Source: Octopus bimaculoides (taxonomy: Eukaryota). From it: a stretch of 64,000 nucleotides of DNA. Every line of letters starts with the position of its first letter. Within the stretch, counting starts at the first letter, position 1. Positions 12,530-24,232 of this stretch are shown piece by piece. The stretch lies in assembly GCF_001194135.2 (NCBI RefSeq), contig NC_068990.1, positions 36,177,432 to 36,241,431 of the forward strand, read 5' to 3'. The position numbers and the translations under genes were made by a program. A model generated the notes under the pieces. That model was given only the letters and a program-made list of their open reading frames with translations. It made no database searches and was not told where the DNA came from.

Positions 12530-13020
12530 AACTGGTGACACAGATGATGATGATGATGATAATGGTGGTGGTGGTGGTGATGATGAAGATGACTTTGTTG
12601 ATGGTGATTTCGGAGATGTTAGTCATTATAATGATAACAATGGTACTCATGGCAGTGGCAATGAAAGCGATTATATATGGAAATGGTGGTGTAGATGGTA
12701 TTGTCAACTATGTTGATTACAACGCAGTAGGTGATGGTGATGATGACTGAGTAGGAGGAGGATAGTCTCATAGCACTGACAGTAAAATAAAGAAACTGTT
12801 ATTAGTTGTGGTGGAAATGATGATAAAGGTGATGATGATGAAGAGGATGTGGATGTGGATGCTAGCAGCAATATTGAACATAACGCTGAAGGCAATAAAT
12901 GATGACGATGATGATGATGATGATAATTGGTAACAATCTCCACATATAGTGAAAAGTCACAATAACATGAATGGTGTGATGATGAAGAAAACGATGATGA
13001 TCATTATCATCATGGTGCGA
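12530..13020. repeat. Degenerate (GAT/GGT)n trinucleotide low-complexity tract
   Basis: Runs of GATGAT and GGTGGT. Similar tracts at 33290-33390, 42715-42830, 43170-43470 and 52210-52460. Confidence 0.85.
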
Positions 13021-13271
13021 GGAAGTGAACCAGTACTGACAGCAATGTGCATTATAGGGATTGCAAGTGCACTAAAAGGCATGTTGAATATATCATAGTC
13101 ATGCATCAATGGAATACAAAGTGACATCAATGCAGAAACGGTGAAGAGGGGAGAGGAGGGGATGGGTGTCAAAAGATGTACGGAGTCATGAAACGCAGTG
13201 CAACACAGTGGGAAGGTGGGGGATAAAGAGTGATAACTATTAGAATTTCATGAGATCCATTCCAGTATGTA

Positions 13272-13329
<58 letters not shown>

Positions 13330-14061
13330 CATCATCATTATAGGTTTAACATCAGCTTTTCCATGCTTGCATGGGTCAGACAGGACTTGGTGACCCAGAC
13401 ATTCTACATTCTATAGTGTAATGCTTTTCTAGTCGCCAATACCCTCCTGCTTCTAAGCAAGATAACATTACCTCTAGTTCTTCAAACATGACCAGCTCAT
13501 GATTTTCTCAGACGATTGCAGGCAAATGACACCATTTTTCTATCATTGGCGGATATGTTTACAACCAGTGAGCAGATATGAAGACAAGAAGTTCTATACA
13601 CACACACCACACACACATGTGTGTGTGTATGCGTGTTGACCATGTCACCAACAGTTTTGTTTAACATTCGCAGGTGAATTCATCATTAGCCAACTGTCAA
13701 TCTCCTTTCATACTTTCACAAACTTACCTGTGCAGCCTTGTTTTTTAGCCCCTATCATCCTTTAAATCCACCTTCTAGTATGTTCCTCCAAAATACACAA
13801 GCCAATCAACCCAGAAACCTCACTGAGCCCAAGGACCATATCTTGCAAGTTACTCGGTGACCTCACTAGTGCCAGCGAATGAAAAAAGCACTCAGAATCC
13901 TCTGTAAAGTGGTTGGTATTAGGAAGAGCATTCAGCTGAAGAAACCATGCCAAAGCAGACTTTGGAACCCAACACAACCTTCACATATCATCCTGACTAT
14001 GCCAGTATGGAACATGGAAATTAAATGATGATGATATCTGAGACACACAAACACAGATATA

Positions 14062-14900
14062 CGAGGTCTGATGAATAAGTATCTGGACTGTTGCTATAGT
14101 AACAAAGCTAAAGCATGCAGAAAGACTGACCTTGAACTCTGCTGTGCACGACGTTCTAGCTCGCTTCTGTTGTTTACAGCAGTGCTTGGAAGGAAGGTGT
14201 GTAGCATGTGATCATCGCATTGACCATGACAGAGAAAGTTGTCAAGGTGTGATACCTGCTCAGAGGCCTACGCAAGGTTGCAGAAAGTCTATGGAGTGGA
14301 GTGTATGAGCTGCACACAAGTGTATGAGTGGTTCAGATATTTCCAAGATGGCCAAAAAATGTCAATATTGACAAACATTCTGGGAGACCTACAACCAGCA
14401 GAATTGAGAAAAACATCGCAGATGTATGTGCAGCTGTGAGAGGAAATCGTCGAATCACCATCCGTGAGTTATTAGAGGATGTGCAGGTTAGTTACAGTTC
14501 AGTTCAGTCTATTATCACTGAAGATTTGGGTATGAGACGTGTGTCTGCTAAGTTTTTGGCAAAAAGACACTCGGGTTTCAGTTGCACAAGATCTTCTAGA
14601 CTGACCGTGTCTAAAATGATGAAAACTTTTTGTATGCTTCTGAGCAGGTATCACAAAGCTTTTAGCAAAATTTGATGCAGATTCTCTACTTAACTTTCTT
14701 TGTCATGGTCAATGCGACGATCACATGCTACACACCTTCCTTCCAAGAACTGCTGTAAACAGCAGAAGTGAGCTAGAATGTTAATACTTAGTGCACATGC
14801 ACAGCAGAGTTCAAGGTCAATCTGTGCCAAGTGGCTTTACTCTGCATGCTTTAGGTTCGTTACTATGGAAACAGTCCGGATACTTATTGATCAGGCCACA
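14062..14900 (+). mobile_element. Non-autonomous mariner derivative built from two inverted 5' ends
   Basis: TA at 14060-61 and 14901-02. Terminal 60 bp and ~180 bp inward are inverted repeats. The interior encodes the mariner HTH region (EAYARLQKVYG..QVYEWF; HSGRPTTSR..NRRITIRELLEDVQVSYSSVQSIITEDLGMRRVSAKF). No DDD catalytic domain. Confidence 0.92.
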
Positions 14901-15209
14901 TACATACATACATACCATCATCATCACTTTTACCTTCACATTTTTTTTTCATGCCAGTACATGTTGGAGGAGATTTATTAAGGCAGTATTAATTATATGG
15001 CCGGATGCCCTTCCTGCCACCAAACCTTCATNNNNNNNNNNTTCATCCCACTGATTTCACACATGTTAAAATCATCAAACTACAGGACATATTGTTACAG
15101 AAGATGTCAAGATATCAACATCATTGCTCAAGCAGATGCAGGAGTAAACACGCCTGAATGCACATGCATATGCACACACACACACAAACACACACACTTT
15201 CAAATAATG

Positions 15210-15392
15210 GTCTCAAATTTTAGTACAAAGCCAGCAGATTTCGGGGGAGAGGCTAAGTCAATTACAGTGAATCTCAGGATGAAAGTTAAAGTTGACCTCA
15301 CTGGAATTTGAACTCAGAATGTAAAGACAGCCTAAATGCTGCTAAGCATCATGCCTGGCATGCTAACGAATCTGCCAGCTTGCTGCCTTATT
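15210..15392 (-). mobile_element. tRNA-like SINE, family E remnant
   Basis: GAATTTGAACTCAGAATGTA..GCTAACGAATCTGCCAGCTTGCTGCC is homologous to 58842-59054. Other remnants at ~24840, 25000, 26010, 40060 and 58680. Confidence 0.75.
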
Positions 15393-15844
15393 AATGCAAA
15401 AAAGGTTTCTGGGTTAGATAATTTTGATCGATCTTTCAAACATAGGTCTTTTCAAAGGGAATGGTGAGGTAAAGGCCAGTGGTAGTGGATGAAGAGCTAA
15501 GGACAGTGGCTGGTGTGAGAAGCTGACAAAGCAAGTGGAACATGGTAGGAGTCAGAGAGAGATATGGCTACTACTGTAGTTAAGACCCAGATTATCTCCA
15601 ATCAAGTGGACATACAGACATGTCAATAGACATGCCAGCAATGTCCATAACATCAATATTATTTTCTTTGATATATTAACTCTCTAAGAATAATAAGATC
15701 ATATTTTCAAAGAGTATCAAGATATGATTTGATGGTGATTTGGCTTCAATGTTTAGCAAATCAAGTAATCAAATAGAGGTGGTTGGCATCAGGGCAGTAG
15801 TGAAAGATGGCTGGCAGTGTAGTGTGAGTTAGGATTCAGATTTG

Positions 15845-16058
15845 ACAGATTACTCTGTCAAATGTAATGCTTATTTATTTACATTATTTTGAATTATTCA
15901 TGTGTAATCTTTTAGCTTTGAGATTTCAAAGATGGGATTGTTTATTTTTTAGAATGACACTGCAGGGTAGGTTTGAGAGGTCAGATCTGGCTGGTTAGAA
16001 TATAAAACAGGTAGAGTATTTGGGTATGATATGGTTGGTTTAAATGCTAATGGGTTAA
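15845..16058. mobile_element. TTAA-flanked (piggyBac-like) MITE, one end truncated
   Basis: Homologous along its length to 18947-19167 and 60441-60660. Ends AATGCTAATGGG-TTAA. Confidence 0.7.
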
Positions 16059-16326
16059 GTTGTGAGAGGAGCACAGACACAATTATAGAGATATAAAAGG
16101 GAACCACCAAGAAGTGACAAAAACACACAAAATGTGGGGTAGGATGGAAAATGGCTCAAGTGTTGGTAGGCAAATGCTGAGAATTTGAGTTGAAATATAG
16201 AACATGACACTCTTAATTAGCATTTCTTTAATTAAAGCCCTTATAAATTTCTTAGGAGTTACAAAAGGCAGCTTTTAAGAAGTTGGAGCTTGAGTCTTGA
16301 TTTTTATGTGAGAGACAGAAAAGGGG

Positions 16327-16357
<31 letters not shown>

Positions 16358-16658
16358 GAAGAGGAGAGAGTATGACAAAGACAGAGTGAGAAAGGGAGGG
16401 AGAGAGATAGTGACATGGAGAGAGACAAGGGGAGATATAGTGAGAGAGAGACAGAGTAAGAGAGGGAAGGGGAAAGATAGTGACAGAGAGAGAGGGTGAG
16501 AGAGTAAGAGATAGATAGATAGATAGATAGATAGAGTATGTGTGTGTTCCTCCTGGATAGGACAGCAGTCTGCAGCAGATAAGACTCCCGGAAGATCTAA
16601 TATCTATTCCGGACAGCTCGGTGAAGTGAGGCGTAGGGAACAGAGTCCTCTGAGAAAG

Positions 16659-16758
16659 TTACATTACTTTCTGCTTGCTTTCAGTCAACCAAGCAGAATA
16701 GAATGCTGCTACTTTTAACTTAACGGTTGAGTGGTTAACTATAGAAAGAATCATCCTC
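16659..16758 (-). CDS. Candidate alternative last exon (R-RMILSIVNHSTVKLKVAAFYSAWLTESKQKVM*)
   Basis: Very long pyrimidine tract ending TTTTTCAACAG at 16759 and above. The phase-2 frame is the longest open one (32 codons) and is in frame with the 27526 donor. Non-repetitive UTR-like sequence follows. Could instead be a purely 3'UTR exon. Confidence 0.35.
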
Positions 16759-18202
16759 CTGTTGAAAAAGAACAAAGCAAACCAAAATAGAATAAAACAA
16801 AAAGAAAAATACTGTCCAAATTTGGCAAAATCATTTCTATATGGCTATTGATGTAAAATATAAGACAATGACAAAGATATATTTCGCTAGCGAGATGTAA
16901 TATTGGAAACTAGAAATTATGGTAAGGAGACAAAGAGCTCCCAAGATCAGCAGAGCAACTTCGGATAGAATTACAGAGCATAAACTTTACAGCAGGATGC
17001 ACTTCATAGACTTGGCCATTCTATAGTGTATGTAAGGAAGAATTGTGCTTGTGTGTGTCTGTACTGTGAGTTATAAGTTAATGCATATTAACTTATACAC
17101 ACACACTGCTCTCACAGCATGCACAGACATACACATATATAGATTACCACCTGTGAGACAGTATATTATATAATGTATAATGCTAGTTGTGTTAAATTAT
17201 ATGTGAATAGCTAAGCTATACATACATACACACACACACATATATATATATATATTCTTTGTGATTAACTCCAAACGTTACAGTACAGACAGAAAGCTTT
17301 CAGTTTGTGCCATTGATCTAGTTCAATGTACAAAACTGGCAACATAGACATCACATATGTGGTGTGTGTGTGTGTGTGTGTGTGTGTGCATGTATTATAT
17401 AATATATCTTATCATCATCACCATTATCATGATTCAATGCCCATATTCCATGTTGGCATGAGTTGAACAGTTTGACTAGTGCCAATAGGTCCAAAGCCTG
17501 CATCCTGTTCCAGTGTCTGCTTTGGTATGGTTTCTACTGTTAGATGCCCTTCCTAATACTGACCACTTCACAGTTTTACTGGGTGCTTTTTCCATGGTAC
17601 CAGCATTGATGAAGTCACCATGCTGCCTGCAAGATTGAGTTCCCTTCAAATCAGTGGAGTTACAGTAGAGATTGAAGAGGTTATATGCTATTGGATGAAG
17701 GATTAAAGTGAGCAAAAAAGGGCCAGAACAGAAAAGTCTCTTACTGTAAGGGGGGGAGCTATACAGCTATTCACATTATAAAGGGAATGGTGAGAGTGGT
17801 CAGAATAAAACTGGGGAGAAATAGTAGTAAGGTGTAAGGGTAGACCCTCAAAATATGAGGTGAGTTGAAGTGAGTGTGGACAGAACATGAAATGTGTGTG
17901 TGTGTGTGTGGGGGGGTAGACTGCAAGAGTGTATGGGAGAGTGAGAGATGGTTTTTCTAAAAATTTAATTGCAAAGTCTTCGATAATATTGTTAAAATTA
18001 ATTTTACATAAAACCTCTGCTTCTATACTTAGTAGAGATAAGGCATCCCAAATATTATCTTAGCAAATTTAAAGTGATTTCTTTTGTGCTGTAAACCATT
18101 TACCATTTCTGTGGTGCCCCCTCCTTCCATTGATGCCCTAAGCATGTGCTTATTTTGCTTAATGGTTAATCTAGTGCTGCCTCTCACTCATTCCCTCTCT
18201 CT

Positions 18203-18746
18203 AACCACATTTAAGAGCAATTTCAAAGGGAATGAAAAGTAAAAACTTTTACCTTGTTATTTTTTATGGTTAGACCTAGGTTTCGAATCTCTTTAGCAAA
18301 TAAAATAATTTGCTAGGGGAATCCTCATCAGTAACCGTGCCATAACAATTAACATATAATTTAGAGACAAATAACACGTGTCTCATCATTATATGTTATA
18401 ATTTTTCAAATTCACCAGGCAAGTGCAGTTTCAGTCGGCAGTGAATGAGAAAATGCCAAACTGATTTTCGAAATGCTAAAATCATGTACGTAAAATATAC
18501 AGGGTAGCAAATATTTTTATGAATTTCACTACCAGTGGCCTAACATGCATGAAAAGTCAATAGACAATATATTCTCAATATTAAATAGTGTACATTTAAA
18601 CACAAGAGAAACTACCTATTACAGGTAATTTTACACACTAGAAGAAGCAGTCAAAATGACCAAAACCACATTTAAGAGCAATTTCAAAGGGAATGAAAAA
18701 TAAAAACTTTTACCTTGTTATTTTTTTATGGTTAGGCCTAGGTTTC
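18203..18746 (-). mobile_element. ORF-less ~461-bp partial tandem unit carrying a hammerhead ribozyme (Penelope pLTR or retrozyme-like)
   Basis: 18203-18284 and 18664-18746 are near-identical direct repeats offset by 461-462 bp. Both start (minus strand) at the hammerhead GAAACCTAGG motif. The class assignment is inference. Confidence 0.6.
18268..18336 (-). ncRNA. Type I hammerhead ribozyme motif
   Basis: Minus strand: GGUUA | CUGAUGA | GGAUUCCCCUAGCAAAU-UAUUUU-AUUUGCUAAAGAGAUUC | GAAA | CCUAGG | UC^ | UAACC. Stem I is 5 bp. Stem II has 17 positions (14 paired) and is closed by G-C. Stem III is palindromic ACCUAGGU. All core nucleotides are present. Predicted cleavage between 18273 and 18272. 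Confidence 0.85.
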
Positions 18747-18946
18747 AAATATATATATATATATATACTGAACCCATGCGCTCATTATATATATTTCATA
18801 GTACCCTTACACTCTATATACCTACATCAAAGTAAAGTTAAATGCATTATATAAAGTCTTGGGGCACATGCATGGTTTTTCTAGTTAAGAACTGCACTTC
18901 ATGATGAGATGATTCTGAGTTCAAATCTGCAGCAGAGAAACTTTAA

Positions 18947-19167
18947 CCCTCTAACATTCCGATTATTTTATCAAATATAATTCTTATTTATTCAGACTGC
19001 TTTGAATTAATCCTGCATTATCTCGTAGGTTCAAGACTTCGATGATGTGATTGTTTATTTTTAGAAGAACATTACAGGGCTGGTATAAGGAGGCTGACTC
19101 TAGCTGGTTTGATTATGGAACAGGTAGTGTATTTGGACCACATATATCCAGTTTAAATGATAAAGGG
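18947..19167. mobile_element. TTAA-flanked (piggyBac-like) MITE
   Basis: TTAA (18943-46) CCCTCTAACATT..AATGATAAAGGG TTAA (19168-71). No ORF. Confidence 0.85.
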
Positions 19168-19339
19168 TTAAGGAAGTGCCTTCTACCACAAATCAGGTTC
19201 ATGAAGATTGAAGGTGAAATTAGCAAATATACACCCACACACTTATGTACAATGACAGGCACTTTTATTTTGCCATTATCAGTTCCAGCATGAGAGCTCC
19301 ATTCCATATTTTCTAACATAGCCACTGTTCCATTGTTAG

Positions 19340-19449
19340 AAAATATGGAATGTTTCACAAATTTGCATGTCCTCCTTGCAAAGAAGTCATGCTAATCTTC
19401 TTTGTATCACTCCAATTTTAGTTAATATATGTACAGCCAAAACAAGTAC
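19340..19449 (-). pseudogene. Full-length U6 snRNA pseudogene
   Basis: Aligns end to end by eye with the conserved metazoan U6 (GTGCTCGCTTCGGCAGCAC..GATACAGAGAAGATTAGCATGG..CCATATTTT) at roughly 80% identity. It has a 4-nt insertion, mostly CpG-type transitions, and the ACAGAGA box changed to ACAAAGA. Confidence 0.9.
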
Positions 19450-20685
19450 CCAAAACATGCAGAAGCTTGCACAGATGCACACATACACATAATGCAGACA
19501 TGTATATGAAACTGAGAGACAGAGAGAAAAACAGAGAAGTCAGAGAGAAAGTAAGGGATGGATCAGAGACAAGTGAGAGGGAGAGATGGAAAAAAGTGGA
19601 ATGAGAGAGAGAGAGAGAGAGAGAGAGGAGGAGGGGAGAGATTATAGAAATATTCTCCATAGCAACAGGAAATGGTTTGCTTTTCTTCACAGTTTACATT
19701 CTGAAAGGTTTCAGAATTTTAATTGTTTCTCTTTTGACTGTTTTGTGTATTTTGTTCCGCCAATTCTTCAATCACAGCTTCCTGATGAAACCAAAAACTA
19801 CAAAGAAATTCTATGAAACAACTGATGGCAGGCAAACGAAGTCTTTCTTTCTTTTCTGTTTTCTTTGCATCTTAAAGAACCGTGACACTCTCTTTAGTCA
19901 TTGTTGTTGTTGTTGATGTTGTTGTTACAAAAGAGGTGGTTCTTGGATGTTTTCATAATATTTCTAATCATGTAGCTGACAACAAAGAAACATACAACAA
20001 GAACCACCATTTAACCAAGAACCAGGTTCCTTGACTGTGTTCACTTAAAATCATAAACACACTTTCTCAAGAGAGTAGGCTTTGTTTTTTTCTAAATTTA
20101 TTTCATTTTTGCTTTTATTCCACATCTTGGAACTGGCAGGTTCTACTATCTGTACTGCTTTTGTATTTTCCTTCATTTACCATTTTCTTTCTTTCTGTTT
20201 TGTTTCATTGTTTCGTCATTTTTTGATAAATTTTTGTTAAATATGCTGTTCTATGTTATGATATTTTTCATGCTTACCACCTGCCTTCAGAGAAATAAGG
20301 AGACTTAAATAGGAGTTTCGTTTGGTAAAATTTTAATACTTAGATAAACTCTGAAATTTGTCAATATACAAATGAAAGGAAAGTAACTCAGTAATTTAGA
20401 AATAAATTAGGCCCCCTTACATTATATTCAACACAACAGGAAACTAACATCATCATCATGGGTTGGACAGATTTTCATCATACAAGTCAGTTCATATTTG
20501 GAGTTACTCTCATCCAACAAGGTCAGTAACTGCATCTTGCTTGCACATTCCATTTTTCACTGAGTGTCTATGGCTGGATAGCCTTCTTAACACTAAACAA
20601 CTTCCAAAATGTACCAAGTACATTTCTTTATTTCTCGAAACAGTTATCGTGTTTCCAGAAACACTGAAGAGTTCTCTCTTCCCTA

Positions 20686-21030
20686 TACTGCATAGTATAC
20701 TTAAAATCAGATGGCCCGAACACATAAGCAATATGGAGCTATGGCAAAGAACGAATCAAGTTTCGATTAGGGAGCAAATATTTAAGAAAAAGTGGATTAG
20801 TCGCACAATTAGAAAGGACACACCAAATGTAGCGAAACGTGCTTTACAGTGGAATCCGGATGGATATAGAAAGAGGGGTAGGCCTAAGAACTCGTGGCGT
20901 AGATCAACACAAAAGGAACTAGAGAAAGGGGGACATTCATGGCAGAGTATAAGTACAGAAGCGAAAAATTATGTGACATGGAATTCAATTATAAGTGGCC
21001 TATATTCCGAGTTGGAGGGTTAAAGGCAAG
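20686..21030 (+). mobile_element. RTE LINE 3' end (second subfamily)
   Basis: ILKIRWPEHISNMELWQRTNQ..AKRALQWNPDGYRKRGRPKNSWRR..W..IISGLYS is a typical RTE ORF C-terminus. Confidence 0.85.
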
Positions 21031-21117
21031 AAAAAATATGCTGTGTCAGTCCATATCAACGTGAACCAACAAGGTGAATAGAAGAAAGAGTAATGAAGGT
21101 GACAACTAGTGTAAAGG

Positions 21118-21365
21118 TAAGGTAAAGTTACCTTCTCGAGTTATACCAACTTGTAAGGGCTGGTTTCCTGGTTTCCATGGCATTTATATTCCCCACCTGG
21201 ATGAGACATTGGTCCATTGCAAGATTACTCATTCTTGCCAGCTGAGTGGACTGGAGCAATGTAAAATGAAGTGTTTTGCTCAAGAACTCAATGCATTCCC
21301 CAGTCCAGGAATCAAAACCACAATCTTATGATCATGAGGGCAACACCCTAACCACTAAGCCACAC
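21118..21365 (-). mobile_element. tRNA-like SINE, family B
   Basis: Reverse complement of 1421-1652, with head GGCTTAGTGGTTAGGGTGTTG..GGTTTTGATTCC and tail GGTAACTTTACCTT. Confidence 0.8.
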
Positions 21366-23269
21366 ACCACCATGACACCAAGTGTGCAAAAAAGAGAGAA
21401 AAAGAAAATATTGGAGGAGAGGAGAAAGGTAACTGGAGTAAATGTATGATAAAGCACAGTGATGTAATACAGTGACTGATGAGTGGGATAAGAGAAGGAT
21501 AGACAGCTACGTGTTAATTGTTGGTAAGAATATTGAGTAGAAAAGAACATGAAGGAAGTTATAAGGAAAGAGTAATAACAATGACAGTGCTAGGAGCAAG
21601 AAAGAGAAATCATCATCATCATCATCATTTAACGTCTGCTTTCCATGCTGGCATGGGTTAGGCAGTCTGACAGTTGCTGACTAGGAAGAAGACTGCACCA
21701 GGCTTCAGCATTTGTTTTAGCATGGGGGTGGGGAGACAAATCATTGCTTGAACTTATTTTAACTAACACTGCTCCACTTATCTTTTTTACTTTATGTTCA
21801 GCTCCAGCACTTTACCATTCCTACCAACAAGTGACCAACCCTCTTAAAAGCAATCCAGCACACCAGACAAATATTTGTACAGACTTGCAGCCTTTCCATT
21901 GAATGGGGACAGAGGAAAAAAAACAAAAGGTTGTGATGTGGGAGGAACTGTAAATAACAAGACAAAACAAAAACAACAAGAACAAGGTCCTTTGTATAAC
22001 TTTAAACTGTTAGGGTCACAGCTATGGGTTAAAAAGCATGTAACAACCCCAGCCAGGTTACACAAGTATCATAGGATGGATGTGAACTATTTTAGCAAAT
22101 GAACTTATTGAAGTCATTGGTAAATATAACAAGATGCTGAACTGATGAACAGACAGTAAACTGTGAACAGCCAGGATTGACTAGTTCGTTTAGAAAAATA
22201 TTGCTATCATCTTGTAGTTGTGGGCAGGTGCAGACGAAATATTTCATCTAGCAAAAGACCAATGCGACTAAAACCCAAGCCAGACATTTATGTCACATCG
22301 CTTGATCAGGATGTCCGGCTTGAAAGAGTTGCACTGGTCTGGGCAAGTAGCCCAACCAGATGATGACGATGACGATGATGATGATAGAAACAACAACTGA
22401 GAGATGGGAAAGAAGTGAGACAGCAGTTCAAACGTCACTGAAATCAAATCCCCACAAAGATGGAAGGACACATTAAAAAAAGGTGGTATGGTCATGACTG
22501 GAACGCTTCTGATCAAATGTTTACTGAAAGGTGACCTTGGGCTAAACAACGACAATCGTAGCAGCAAGTGCCTTCGTGGAAGTCTCCCTCGGGTTACTTA
22601 ATTTGTTAGAAATAACAGCCAAATTTCCCCTCAAATCACATCCTACCAGTTTCAAAGAAATTAAAGAACCACCCATCAGATACTGTATTCCTAGATACAG
22701 TGAGTTGGGAAATAAGGTAAGACAATAACAGCTGGAATGCTTTTAATTATAATCTTTCTCATGAGGGATCTAACCTGAGGTCAGACGACAACAACAACAG
22801 CAACAACAACAACCATTACAAGTTATGCTGCAGTGTGGAAGAGGGAGTTGAAATAAAAAAAAAAAGTAATGAAAAGAATCCAGAAACAACAACAACAGGA
22901 ACAATGATGACAACGCCATCTTCAGCAACAACAGTGGCACTGGAAGCAGGTGTATTGCTGTAATTTATGCTAATCTTCTCTTAAGTGAAAAATCTAATTT
23001 ACATTAAGCCCTCTCTCCCTTCCCCTCTCACTCTCTCCCCACCCCCACCCACTATCTTTCTCTCTCTCTCTCTGTTCTTGTCCTCCCTCACCAGCTTGTT
23101 CTGGTCCTTGGAAGTTTCAGGGAGCAGCGAAAGACCTAACCACCAGAACAAGAAGAAACTGGGCCCCGTTTTAAAGCTAAATTAGCTGATGGCTACGCTA
23201 CAGTCAGCACTGCACCACACCAGCAGCCTCATTACAGATGGCAGAAGTGGTGGAATAAATAACTGCCAT

Positions 23270-23712
23270 GGTGTGGGGTGGAGGTGATAGTGATGATGAT
23301 GATGATGATGATGATAGGAATAGAGAGGTGGTGGTGGTTGTAGTGGTGATGGAGGTTGTGATGATTATGGAAGAAGTAATGGTGGTGATAGTGGTTGTGG
23401 AAGTGGTGATGGTGGTAGTAGTAGTAGTAGCAGCAGCAGCAGTAGTAGTAAAAGTAGTAGTAATTGGCTTTGGCAGTGACTGTGGTGGTGGTGATAGTGG
23501 TTGTAGTAGTTGTGGAAGTGGTGATGTTAGTAGTAGTAGTAGTAGCAGCAGCAGTAGTAAAAGTAGTAGTAATTGGCTTTAGCAGTGACTGTGGTGGTGG
23601 TGATAGTGGTTGTAGTAATGCTGGTTGTGGAGGTGGTGGTGGTGGTAGTAGTAGTAATAGTGGTGGCGGTAATTGGCTTTGGCAGCGACTGTGGTGATGA
23701 TGGTGGTGGTAA
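23270..23712. repeat. Triplet-derived tract with a ~110-bp higher-order unit (about 3 copies)
   Basis: GTAATTGGCTTT(G/A)GCAG(T/C)GACTGTGGTG recurs at ~23460, ~23568 and ~23669 within GTA/GGT/GCA runs. Confidence 0.75.
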
Positions 23713-24060
23713 GGGCGGAATTGCCGTTTAGCCCCAGGTCAACCTTACAGGCAATTCAATTTAAACATTACATTACTATACTTTTTGAATACAACAGAAG
23801 ACTTAAGGAGGGGTGATGGCCAATTTGGTTCACCATCGAATGTGGTAGTGGTGGTTGGTGAGTGGGGGACCTAGCAAAAGGTTATGAAACATTGATCTGG
23901 GACTGCATAAGATGGTAGAGTGTGATGTGAAGGAGATTCAGCTGCTATTTCTAACAGGTTGAATGACTGTGTAGAGAGGGTGCAGCAGTGTATGTGATAG
24001 TAGTGGCAGTACGTTTGGTGTGACCACTAGATTTGGCGTACAGCTGGACTGTGTTGGAGA

Positions 24061-24232
24061 TCATCATCATCATCATCATCGTTTAACGTCCGCTTTCCAT
24101 GCTAGCATGGGTTGGACGACTTGACTGAGGACTGGTGAAACCGGATGGCAACACCAGGCTCCAATCTAAATTTGGCAGAGTTTCTACAGCTGGATGCCCT
24201 TCCTAACGCCAACCACTCAGAGAGTGTAAACA
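24061..24232 (-). mobile_element. Family D repeat, well-preserved copy
   Basis: (ATC)n GTTTAACGTCCGCTTTCCATGCTAGCATGGGTTGGACG..CAGCTGGATGCCCTTCCTAACGCCAACCACTC, with CpGs retained. Confidence 0.85.

Noticed and set aside
13725-13790. Strong minus-strand donor CAG|GTAAGT (also at ~31358 and ~59680)
   Set aside because: No convincing acceptor with an open, phase-compatible frame upstream.
18638-18680. Second hammerhead on the plus strand
   Set aside because: The core is CTAGAAGA / CAAAA rather than CTGANGA / CGAAA, and no stem I or III can be formed. Kept only as a resemblance.
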